From NCBI GenBank assembly GCA_001563915.1, contig LKMP01000015.1, positions 1-20,635 of the forward strand: DNA of 20,635 bases, in the 5' to 3' direction. A program made the position numbers and the translations under genes. The notes under the pieces are model-generated. The model was given only the letters and a program-made list of their open reading frames with translations. It ran no database searches and was not told the DNA's origin. Shown piece by piece: positions 8,669 through 15,768 of the stretch; within the stretch, counting starts at the first letter, position 1; every line of letters starts with the position of its first letter. Source of the stretch: Nanohaloarchaea archaeon B1-Br10_U2g21 (lineage in GTDB: Archaea > Nanohalarchaeota > Nanosalinia > Nanosalinales > Nanosalinaceae).

Positions 8669-9172
8669 CTATTCAAAGGCCAATTCATAGTCGACTGCAG
8701 TTATCTCCTGAATTAAGCTCTCTAATTCTTCACGAGACATGTTAACTTTATCCTCATAACTTCCATCGACTACAATCTTTTTCGACTGGCCTCCAGGCTT
8801 GAAAACCGTGTTTATGGATTCAATTTCTGCAGGGCTTAATAGGCCTTTGATAATTTCCTTGTCTTCTTCCGCTTTTTCTACAATTCGGATTGGTTTGCCG
8901 ATTTCCTCTGCTACTTTCTTCACTATTTCTCCTTTACGACCTACTACTTTTGCTCCATCTCCAGAACCTGTTACTATTACTACAACATTTTCCGTGTCAT
9001 AGACTTTTTCAATCGTAGAGTCTCGAAGTGAACCGTGTTCTTCGCTGAGTCCGTGTAGAATCCGGGAGACCTTGATATCTAGGTCTGTTACTTCTCCTTC
9101 TTCATGGTTTTTCTCACATTTACTGCAGAGAACATCACTCTTCAGACATACATTACAGATTGGCGCCTTCAT
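8669..9172 (-). CDS. NusA-like KH-domain protein with N-terminal Cys4 motif (archaeal NusA paralog)
   Basis: PICNVCLKSDVLCSKC followed by a KH GxxG loop VVGRKGEIVKKVAEEIGKPIRIVE. Confidence 0.8.
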   Translation of the reverse strand: MKAPICNVCLKSDVLCSKCEKNHEEGEVTDLDIKVSRILHGLSEEHGSLRDSTIEKVYDTENVVVIVTGSGDGAKVVGRKGEIVKKVAEEIGKPIRIVEKAEEDKEIIKGLLSPAEIESINTVFKPGGQSKKIVVDGSYEDKVNMSREELESLIQEITAVDYELAFE

Positions 9173-9195
9173 AAGAAAAGTGGTTCAAGGAAAAA

Positions 9196-9696
9196 TTAAA
9201 TAGTTGAGGACATAACTGTCTCAGAAATCAAGATCAAAAAGTCATACAATATGATAATAACACCGAATATAACTGCATAAAAAATGATAAATTCGTTAAA
9301 GTACGATATTACAAGGGCTGTAGTCAAGACGAGCACTCTAGCTATTCTTCCAAGCAGTCTAGAGGTATTAACATCTCCAAACTGTGATGATTTTTGTAGG
9401 AACTCAGAAAGAATCATCGTCAAACCCAGATAAATTACACCTATAATTTCAAAACCAGCAACATAAACAATTGAAACAACTAACCCTGTCTCTGCTATTG
9501 GCGGAGAAAGACTCGAAAGAGCTTTTTCAGGTCTGCTCGCAGCCTCCTTAATTACTCTACGTTCAAAGTACAGATTGGAGCCTATACCTATGAAAACAAT
9601 TGCTGCAGCGAGTACAGGAGAACTTCCATTTATGTATGCTGCTAGGCCAGTTATAACAAGACCTATTGATAGTACAAGCCCGTAAAGTTTTTCCAT
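9196..9696 (-). CDS. Polytopic membrane protein, possibly a degenerate CDP-alcohol phosphatidyltransferase-like fold
   Basis: About 5-6 hydrophobic segments. LLGRIARVLVL recalls the G-x-x-x-R-x-E-R region of that family, but the catalytic Asp motif is absent. Confidence 0.55.
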   Translation of the reverse strand: MEKLYGLVLSIGLVITGLAAYINGSSPVLAAAIVFIGIGSNLYFERRVIKEAASRPEKALSSLSPPIAETGLVVSIVYVAGFEIIGVIYLGLTMILSEFLQKSSQFGDVNTSRLLGRIARVLVLTTALVISYFNEFIIFYAVIFGVIIILYDFLILISETVMSSTI

Positions 9697-9761
9697 AATC
9701 CTTTATTAGCGGGATAAGGTTTTATGATTTGAGATAGTTAGAAGGGAAAAATGTGAATAAG

Positions 9762-9968
9762 TATTAGACGGGAAGGCCCTCAGAGCTCTGCAGGGAAAAA
9801 GGGGGGAGGGGGGTTGGGTTTTTTCTCTGCAAGTCTGAAAGCCTTCCTCGTTAATATAGGTTTTTTAGAGCAGGGAGACTGCCATATTGGGAAGGAAAGG
9901 GGGAGGGGGAATTTCCTATTTTATTAGGGGTTGAAATTTCCTTCCGAGGGGCGTCTCCCTGCCTCTAA
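9762..9968 (-). ncRNA. Putative structured RNA / ftsZ 3' UTR: two long hairpins with C-rich loops
   Basis: Inverted repeats 9762-9856 (GGAAGGC..TCAGA..TGCAGGGAAAAA / TTTTTCTCTGCA..TCTGA..GCCTTCC) and 9865-9968 (TTAGAG-CAGGGAGAC..GGAAGGAAA / TTTCCTTCC..GTCTCCCTG-C-CTCTAA). Loops carry G6AG6 (9801-9813) and G5AG5 (9899-9909) on the plus strand. The transcribed strand is not certain. Confidence 0.6.
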
Positions 9969-9970
9969 TA

Positions 9971-11038
9971 TTATTTTAGCACCTCTAATCCTAGGTCGTT
10001 TACGTCTCCAGTTACTTCTGTCTGGTTTTCTTCTTCTAGTTCTCCTAAGACATAAGGCGACTCTACACCAGTAACAATTGAAATTACTTGTAGAGCTCCT
10101 TCAAGGTCTTCTTTGATTCTTGCTCCCCAGATTACCTGGGCGTTAGCATCTAGTTTTTCAGTGACATGTTGTCCAACATCATTGATTTCGTTCAATGTAA
10201 GATCTTGTCCTCCTGCTACGTGAAGCAGTGCGCCATTTGCGCCTTCAAATTCTACATCAAGCAATGGGTTTGAAAGCGCTTCATGAATTGCTTCTTCTCC
10301 TTTATTGTTGGTGTCTGACTCTCCATATCCTACTACTGCAACTCCTCCTTCATTCATTATAGCTTGGACATCTGCATAGTCTAAGTTAACGAGTGAAGGT
10401 TTGCTGATAGTTTCAGTAATTCCTTTAATCATGGTAGTGATTAACTCATCAGCTACTCCGAAAGCTTGATCCAAAGGCATGTCTCCTGCTATATCGAGCA
10501 GTTTATCGTTTTCAATAACGATTGCTGTGTCTACGTGTTGTCTTAGTCTATATAGCCCTTCTTCTGCTTTACTCATTCTCGCGCCTTCAATTTCGAACGG
10601 CATTGTTACTGTTCCTATTACTATACAGTCTTCTTTGGACGCAATTTCGGCCAGAACTGGTGTTGCTCCTGTTCCTGTTCCTCCTCCTAACCCGCAGGTT
10701 AGAAATACCATGTCGGCTTCTTTGAATAATTCTCTTAGTTCTGCTCGATTTTCTTCCGCACTTCTTGCGCCCTGTTCAGGATGTCCTCCTGCCCCAAGAC
10801 CTTTTGTTAAGTCGCGTCCTACTAGAATTTTTCTGTCAGCAGAGCTCATTTTTAGGTGTTGTTTATCTGTATTAATTACAACTGTTTCTGCTCCTTCTAT
10901 CTCCTTGTTCTGAATCCGGGTTACCTGGTTGTTTCCAGCTCCTCCGACTCCTACAACTAGGATTTTAGCATCTTTTACATCGTCCAGATTTTGAGTCTGT
11001 TCTTTTTGTTGTGTAGCGTTTCCAATTATGGATTCCAT
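9971..11038 (-). CDS. ftsZ: Cell division GTPase FtsZ, FtsZ2-like
   Basis: VVGVGGAGNN, GLGAGGHP, GLGGGTGTGA tubulin signature, NLDYAD. The GAGG, AR..KAEEGL and PSL.NLDYAD segments resemble the archaeal FtsZ2 clade (subfamily call is inference). Confidence 0.97.
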   Translation of the reverse strand: MESIIGNATQQKEQTQNLDDVKDAKILVVGVGGAGNNQVTRIQNKEIEGAETVVINTDKQHLKMSSADRKILVGRDLTKGLGAGGHPEQGARSAEENRAELRELFKEADMVFLTCGLGGGTGTGATPVLAEIASKEDCIVIGTVTMPFEIEGARMSKAEEGLYRLRQHVDTAIVIENDKLLDIAGDMPLDQAFGVADELITTMIKGITETISKPSLVNLDYADVQAIMNEGGVAVVGYGESDTNNKGEEAIHEALSNPLLDVEFEGANGALLHVAGGQDLTLNEINDVGQHVTEKLDANAQVIWGARIKEDLEGALQVISIVTGVESPYVLGELEEENQTEVTGDVNDLGLEVLK

Positions 11039-11054
11039 CTTGTATCTTTTCTCC

Positions 11055-11091
11055 CGGCGTAGCGAAACCTAACCTTTTTAAATCGGCGTAG
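11055..11091 (-). promoter_or_regulatory. Direct repeat CTACGCCG (x2) flanking a TTTAAAAA box just upstream of ftsZ
   Basis: CGGCGTAG at 11055-11062 and 11084-11091 on plus; TTTTTAAA at 11075-11082 lies between them. Confidence 0.45.
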
Positions 11092-11114
11092 GTAATTCTA
11101 CCTTAGAATAACAC

Positions 11115-11253
11115 AAGTCTTTGCCCAAGACTTACTACACATATGTCATATACGATTCGAACTTTGCCCAAAGTTCGACCAATGATCCGTGTTCGACCTT
11201 ATCTCGTGCCCGCGAGACATGTCGAGTACAGTTCGCTTGCCAAAGCTGAACTG
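11115..11253. repeat. Array of four hairpins with different stems and a shared TGCC/GGCA loop
   Basis: AAGTCTT-TGCCC-AAGACTT 11115-11133; TCGAACTTT-GCCC-AAAGTTCGA 11157-11178; TCTCGT-GCCC-GCGAGA 11202-11217, inside GTGTTCGAC/GTCGAGTAC 11189-11229; CAGTTC-GCTT-GCCA-AAGC-T-GAACTG 11229-11253. Confidence 0.8.
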
Positions 11254-11289
11254 AAATAGTCTTTACTATACTAACATTTTCTAAGCTCA

Positions 11290-11303
11290 TTTATAAACCT
11301 TTT
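11290..11303 (-). promoter_or_regulatory. BRE/TATA promoter facing the hairpin array and ftsZ
   Basis: Minus strand AAAAGG-TTTATAAA. The predicted TSS near 11265 is just before the first hairpin. Confidence 0.55.
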
Positions 11304-11387
11304 GCATCTAACCGTTCATAACTGTTCACAGCTCCAGTTTATACAACTCTTAAACATCTAAAAGAATACTGACCTAAAGAATTCAAT

Positions 11388-11663
11388 ATGAAAAAAGAAG
11401 TAATTGAAACCTCTGAAAATGCCAGAATAAACCTTTCAGATGACGAAGCTGAAGGACTTGCAGAAGACTTCAAAGAAGTACTAAGCATGTTCGAAACTCT
11501 TCAAAAAGTAGATACCGAAGGCCTTAAACCATCATTTCATCCTGTGCCCGTTGAAAAACGGAGTAGAGAAGATGAATCAGAAGACAGTATTAGTGATGAA
11601 GAAGTTTTTAGAAACACCGAAAATGTTCAAGAAGGTTTCTTTAAGGGGCCTTCAGCCCGGTAA
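11388..11663 (+). CDS. gatC: Asp/Glu-tRNA amidotransferase subunit C
   Basis: ARINLSDDEAE..LQKVDTEG..REDE..GFFKGP, directly upstream of gatA. Confidence 0.9.
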   Translation: MKKEVIETSENARINLSDDEAEGLAEDFKEVLSMFETLQKVDTEGLKPSFHPVPVEKRSREDESEDSISDEEVFRNTENVQEGFFKGPSAR

Positions 11664-11679
11664 AAGAGGTTATTTCTAG

Positions 11680-13071
11680 ATGTCAGTAGAAAAAAGCGTA
11701 AAAGATTTCTTGGAAAAAAGAGAAAACTATTCTAACTCAGATTTCTATTCGGAACTAGAAGATAAGAACTCTGAACTTGGATTCATGCGAGAGATTGTGG
11801 AAGGAGATGAAAACAGTGGAACTCTTCAAAATATTCCTTTTGTAGTAAAGGATGCAATCTGTACTGAAAACGTTACTAGTTCAGCAGGAAGCAAAATGAT
11901 TGCAGACTATAAACCTGTATTCGATGCAACTGTAGTTAAACGGCTAAAAGATGCAGGAGCACAGTTCTATGGTAAGACTAACATGGACGAGTTCGGGTTC
12001 GGAACTTTTTCTACTAACTGTGCTTTTGAAACCCCTAAGAATCCTCACGACCATGAAAGAGTAGTCGGAGGTTCAAGTGGTGGTGCTGGAGCAGTAGTAG
12101 CTGCAGTAGATTACCCGCTAATCTCAATAGGCGAGTCTACAGGCGGATCCATTACTAACCCAGCAGCTTACAACGGCGTCGTAGGCATCACTCCCACATA
12201 TGGACGTGTCTCACGACATGGACTAATTGACTACGCAAACTCTCTTGACAAAATAGGCGTTCTAGCTAAAACAGTTTACGGCACAGCAAAAGGACTAGAA
12301 ATAATAGCTGGAAAAGATGAAAACGACCACACCAGTTCCTCCAAATCTGTACCAAGATACAGCGAACTAGAAGACACAGATGATTTGAATATAGGCATAC
12401 CCAAACAGATGCTTGAACTAGATGGACTACAAGAGGGCGTAAAAGAAAACTTTGAGAAAAGTATTGAACTACTAGAAGAGAAAGGAGCTAATGTCGAGTA
12501 CTTTGACGAGCCATTGTTCTCTGCCGAAGTAGTTCTGCCTGCTTATTATATACTTGCAATGGCAGAAGCTTCAACAAATCTTGCCAAATTCTCAGGTATG
12601 CGATACGGATACGAGAAAGATCCTGAAGACTTCAGCGACTTCAATGAATATTTTTCAGAAGTTCGTTCAGAAGGCTTCGGTGCTGAGGCTAAAAGACGGA
12701 TTCTGCTCGGCACATACATACGAAAGGCTGGTTACCGTGACAAGTACTATGTAAAAGCCGCCAAAGTAAGAACTAAATTGATTAACTCTTTCAAAGAATC
12801 CTTCAAAAAATATGATGTGCTAATGTGCCCTTCTATGCCTAATATAGCTCCTAAAATCGAAGAGGCTGAAGCTTTGAGACCTGAAGAAATGTATGCGATG
12901 GATTCTTTAACTGTAGGACCTAACCTAGCTGGCATCCCTCAACTTTCTGTCCCAAATGGAAAAAGCAAGGGTATGCCTACAGGCCTACAAATACTTGGAC
13001 CTCACTTTGGAGAAAAAGTATTGTTTAACACAGGCTACAGTTTCGAAAAGTTAAAAGCTGAGCAGTGGTAG
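11680..13071 (+). CDS. gatA: Asp/Glu-tRNA amidotransferase subunit A
   Basis: Amidase signature VVKD, GKTNMDEFG, GGSSGG, STGGS, plus the GatA-specific EASTNLAKFSGMRYG and RSEGFGAEAKRRILLGT. Confidence 0.95.
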   Translation: MSVEKSVKDFLEKRENYSNSDFYSELEDKNSELGFMREIVEGDENSGTLQNIPFVVKDAICTENVTSSAGSKMIADYKPVFDATVVKRLKDAGAQFYGKTNMDEFGFGTFSTNCAFETPKNPHDHERVVGGSSGGAGAVVAAVDYPLISIGESTGGSITNPAAYNGVVGITPTYGRVSRHGLIDYANSLDKIGVLAKTVYGTAKGLEIIAGKDENDHTSSSKSVPRYSELEDTDDLNIGIPKQMLELDGLQEGVKENFEKSIELLEEKGANVEYFDEPLFSAEVVLPAYYILAMAEASTNLAKFSGMRYGYEKDPEDFSDFNEYFSEVRSEGFGAEAKRRILLGTYIRKAGYRDKYYVKAAKVRTKLINSFKESFKKYDVLMCPSMPNIAPKIEEAEALRPEEMYAMDSLTVGPNLAGIPQLSVPNGKSKGMPTGLQILGPHFGEKVLFNTGYSFEKLKAEQW

Positions 13072-13080
13072 TTATTTATC

Positions 13081-13317
13081 ATGGTTTATGAGATAAAGTG
13101 TTCAGAATGCGGAAAAATAATTGATTTCGGCGGTAATAAGCCTGAAGGCCTACCCAATAATGTTACAGAATGGCACGGCGATATTTTCTGCGAAGAATGC
13201 GTAGAAGAACTAGTGGTATTTGGAATCGGAGAACTACAGGAAAGAGTCGACTTTTTAGAAGAAAAATTAGAAGAAGTATTAGATACCTTGGGGCTCGAAG
13301 GACCCGGCGAAATTTGA
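13081..13317 (+). CDS. Small Zn-ribbon protein with C-terminal coiled coil
   Basis: CSECG..FCEEC, then heptad-like LQERVDFLEEKLEEVLDTL; 9 nt after gatA. Confidence 0.7.
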   Translation: MVYEIKCSECGKIIDFGGNKPEGLPNNVTEWHGDIFCEECVEELVVFGIGELQERVDFLEEKLEEVLDTLGLEGPGEI

Positions 13318-13330
13318 GAAAATATTTGGA

Positions 13331-13696
13331 TTATTGAGTATTTATCTTATCACTAGTTCTTTCTATCTCTGCATAGTTAGGCGTTACAACAATCCAATCT
13401 TCATCGACTCCTGCAATATCTCCATCAATTGACTTAACAGTTTTCTTGAGTCTATTAACCGCTCTCTTTAATTTAGTCATATCTTTCTGCTTTAGAGGCT
13501 TGATATTCACCCATACAATATGATTGGCCCTGAGGTGATCCTGTACGTTCTCCACATCATCAAATTCTTTAAGACTTTCAGCCCTTACAACTACTTTTTG
13601 TTGCTCATCAGTCATTTTTGCGTCAAGTTCTACAAAATCTTCTTCAATTACTTCTCCTTGTTCAGAATCTTTTTTATTAAGAAATCCTAGTGCCAC
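13331..13696 (-). CDS. sepF: Cell division protein SepF (archaeal type)
   Basis: GTG start after GAGGT SD. N-terminal amphipathic MALGFLNK, then NHIVWVNIKPL..IDGDIAGV..IVVTP core. Confidence 0.9.
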   Translation of the reverse strand: MALGFLNKKDSEQGEVIEEDFVELDAKMTDEQQKVVVRAESLKEFDDVENVQDHLRANHIVWVNIKPLKQKDMTKLKRAVNRLKKTVKSIDGDIAGVDEDWIVVTPNYAEIERTSDKINTQ

Positions 13697-13751
13697 TTTT
13701 GATTACCTCTAAGTATAAACTAAAGCCTCTTTCTTTTATAGTTTTACGATT

Positions 13752-13994
13752 TCAGTCCAGACTCTCAACCTTAGAAGCAATGTTCCAAATCCTTGTACGA
13801 GTATGTTGCCTAATATTTGGATCATTACTTATCTGATCGAGTAATGATGATGCAGAATTAACTCTGACAGACATATCTTTATCCTCATCTTCTAACTCCA
13901 AAGCAGCCTGTTCTATCATATTTGATACATTAGACGGAATAGAATCGCTTTCCGCCATGTCTCTCATCATACCTATGACTGAATCAGCATCCAT
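13752..13994 (-). CDS. UPF0147 family protein
   Basis: DSIPSNV..ASSLLDQISNDPNIRQHTRTRIWNIASKVE matches the family pattern. Confidence 0.88.
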   Translation of the reverse strand: MDADSVIGMMRDMAESDSIPSNVSNMIEQAALELEDEDKDMSVRVNSASSLLDQISNDPNIRQHTRTRIWNIASKVESLD

Positions 13995-13997
13995 AAT

Positions 13998-14324
13998 TTA
14001 TCCCTGGAAGTTTTGAGAAAACTTTTCCTGATTTTCCTGTATTTTCTTTCTCAGTTTTTCTTCTTTCCTGTTAAGCCCCTTCAATCTAATTCCTAAGTCT
14101 TCTTTACTTTCTTCCAATTCATCTTCTAAATCATCTCTATCTCGTTCTACAAGAAGTTCTCCTACAGACTTATACACTTGGCCTTCAGATTCTTTAAGCT
14201 CTTCTAAGGCTTTTTCAACGCCATTAAGCTCATTCTGGGTTTCTTCAGCTTGTTGCGCCACAGTTTGCAAACTCTGTTGCGTCTTCTGTAGCTCCATCAT
14301 CATTTTCTGTGCATCTTGATCCAT
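13998..14324 (-). CDS. pfdB: Prefoldin beta subunit
   Basis: Coiled coil - VYKSVGELLVE hairpin - coiled coil; conserved superoperon position. Confidence 0.93.
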   Translation of the reverse strand: MDQDAQKMMMELQKTQQSLQTVAQQAEETQNELNGVEKALEELKESEGQVYKSVGELLVERDRDDLEDELEESKEDLGIRLKGLNRKEEKLRKKIQENQEKFSQNFQG

Positions 14325-14332
14325 TTTTTAGT

Positions 14333-14545
14333 TCACCTTAATCGTTTTGAAAGCCCGACTAGCCTAAAAACTGAGTCAGTCGAACCTCTTAGAGGTCCTA
14401 AGCCTTCAGTCTCTATATCTACTTTGAAACAGTTCTCTTCAAATCTATAGCTGTAGGTTACACTACCCTGACTTCGAAGACTTGGACCTACAGCTCTTTG
14501 AAGTTGTCTTGGCTGATCTGTGTCTATTTCTAGAGAAGCTTTCAT
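14333..14545 (-). CDS. pcc1: KEOPS complex subunit Pcc1
   Basis: 70 aa between rpoP and pfdB; VDIETEGLGPLRGSTDSVFRLV matches the Pcc1 I.A.D...LRA..NS.LR pattern in diverged form. Confidence 0.75.
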   Translation of the reverse strand: MKASLEIDTDQPRQLQRAVGPSLRSQGSVTYSYRFEENCFKVDIETEGLGPLRGSTDSVFRLVGLSKRLR

Positions 14546-14676
14546 ACAGCTTCTACTTTTTCAGGGTCTTCCGGTCTTTTTTTCAGCAGAACTCTGTGAC
14601 TGCATTTAGGACATATAACTTTCTCATCAACTGGATCGAGTTCTACATCTTCTTTGCATTTTACACATACATACAT
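14542..14676 (-). CDS. rpoP: RNA polymerase subunit P (Rpo12)
   Basis: Below the ORF-track size cutoff. Hand translation: MYVCVKCKEDVELDPVDEKVICPKCSHRVLLKKRPEDPEKVEAV (44 aa). ATGA overlap with pcc1. Confidence 0.95.
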   Translation of the reverse strand: MYVCVKCKEDVELDPVDEKVICPKCSHRVLLKKRPEDPEKVEAV

Positions 14677-14679
14677 TCT

Positions 14680-14943
14680 TTATTCCTCCTCGAGTTCTTC
14701 TTTAGCTTCTTCAAGTTCTTCAACTTCAAGATCTTTTTGGAGCGCTTTCTTCATAATCTGTGTTGCTCCAGTCTCTGTCTTGTATGCTCCTCCAGCGATT
14801 TTCTCACCTGTCTCCTTATCTCTCCAGATTCCGGCCGCTATTCTCTCATAGCGATCGCTGTCTTTTTTCTCTGCTTCGTCTACGTTTTTTCTGATTCGAC
14901 TACCATACCTAGCGCCAAATCTTTTGGATGATTCTCCAGACAT
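14680..14943 (-). CDS. rpl37ae: Large-subunit ribosomal protein eL43 (L37Ae), cysteine-free
   Basis: RFGARYGSRIRK..GIW..AGGAY, located between rrp42 and rpoP. Confidence 0.93.
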   Translation of the reverse strand: MSGESSKRFGARYGSRIRKNVDEAEKKDSDRYERIAAGIWRDKETGEKIAGGAYKTETGATQIMKKALQKDLEVEELEEAKEELEEE

Positions 14944-14982
14944 TTTTCAACCCTCTTACCTTCACAAGTGTTGGAAACTTTT

Positions 14983-15768
14983 TTATTCTCCAGCAGAGAT
15001 AATCTGCCGGAACTCTTCTGTCTGGGTTTTCGTACCATCGATAATTTCCATGATCTCTTCTGTGGTTAGAGGTTCTTGTCCTCCTTTCTGCATTGCTACT
15101 ACGCTACCTTCTTCAGTAAGCGTCACTGTTAGACGAGCGCCCAAAGCCTCTTCTTCTTCACTTGTTGTATCCCACAAAATTTTGTCACCTATTTTTCTAC
15201 CAGTAGCAGTTACAGGGAATTTTGTTAGAGGAATATCCATGGCTTTCTCATCGTGTAGAAGTTCTCCTTCTTCCTCATCATACGCTGGAACATAACCCGT
15301 CTTCAATGCAGTGATAGCTCCGAGAGCTGCCGCATCAAGTAAGTTGCCATCATTGTTCAGAACATGAATATCGATGAATACTGTGTAGACTTTCTCTCCT
15401 TCTTCGATACATAGTGCTTCAAGATCAATCGCTTCCGATTCTCGGATTCCTCTATCAACTACTCTAGCTAGTTCAACTCCTGTTTCTTGTGGAGGACCTG
15501 ATTCGTATTCTCGATCAGCCATAGGCGCTAATTCTGCATTGGTTACAATTGTCCCTGATGCAGGCCTGTCACTGTAAGGCGATTCTGCTCCAAAGCTGAT
15601 CCCTACGATTACTTGGGTGTCTCCTATCTGTACTCTAGCTGATCCTTGTGCTGTTGTAGGAATGTAGTCTGGTTCTACTGTGATTTCTCTGTATTCATCC
15701 ATTTTTCGGCCGTCAAGTCTTTCGCCTTCTGCGGCCATCTTCTTAATTGTCTTGGTATTTAATTTCAC
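14983..15768 (-). CDS. rrp42: Exosome subunit Rrp42
   Basis: RLDGR..GSARVQIGDTQV..ELARVVDRGIRES..DGNLLDAA; GTG start overlapping the rrp41 TGA. Confidence 0.96.
   Translation of the reverse strand: MKLNTKTIKKMAAEGERLDGRKMDEYREITVEPDYIPTTAQGSARVQIGDTQVIVGISFGAESPYSDRPASGTIVTNAELAPMADREYESGPPQETGVELARVVDRGIRESEAIDLEALCIEEGEKVYTVFIDIHVLNNDGNLLDAAALGAITALKTGYVPAYDEEEGELLHDEKAMDIPLTKFPVTATGRKIGDKILWDTTSEEEEALGARLTVTLTEEGSVVAMQKGGQEPLTTEEIMEIIDGTKTQTEEFRQIISAGE

Noticed and set aside
9762-9968. RNase P RNA, SRP RNA or a replication origin (ORB G-strings)
   Set aside because: No RNase P P4 consensus, SRP helix-8 motif or clear ORB consensus was found by eye, and there is no adjacent orc1/cdc6. An Infernal search is still needed.
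10479-10913. 144-aa plus-strand ORF within ftsZ
   Set aside because: Antisense shadow in register with the ftsZ codons; no independent signals.
11115-11253. Hairpin array as a CRISPR array
   Set aside because: Only the 4-5 nt loop is shared, the stems differ, the period is 31-43 nt, and no cas genes are present in the window.
11135-11290. 51-codon minus-strand ORF upstream of ftsZ (MSLENVSIV...) as cdrS
   Set aside because: Its ATG overlaps the TATA box, it has no ribbon-helix-helix pattern, and it is not acidic like the other proteins.
14482-15295. Plus-strand ORFs of 149, 65 and 123 aa
   Set aside because: Antisense shadows of pcc1, rpoP, rpl37ae and rrp42, with S/F/L-rich composition.
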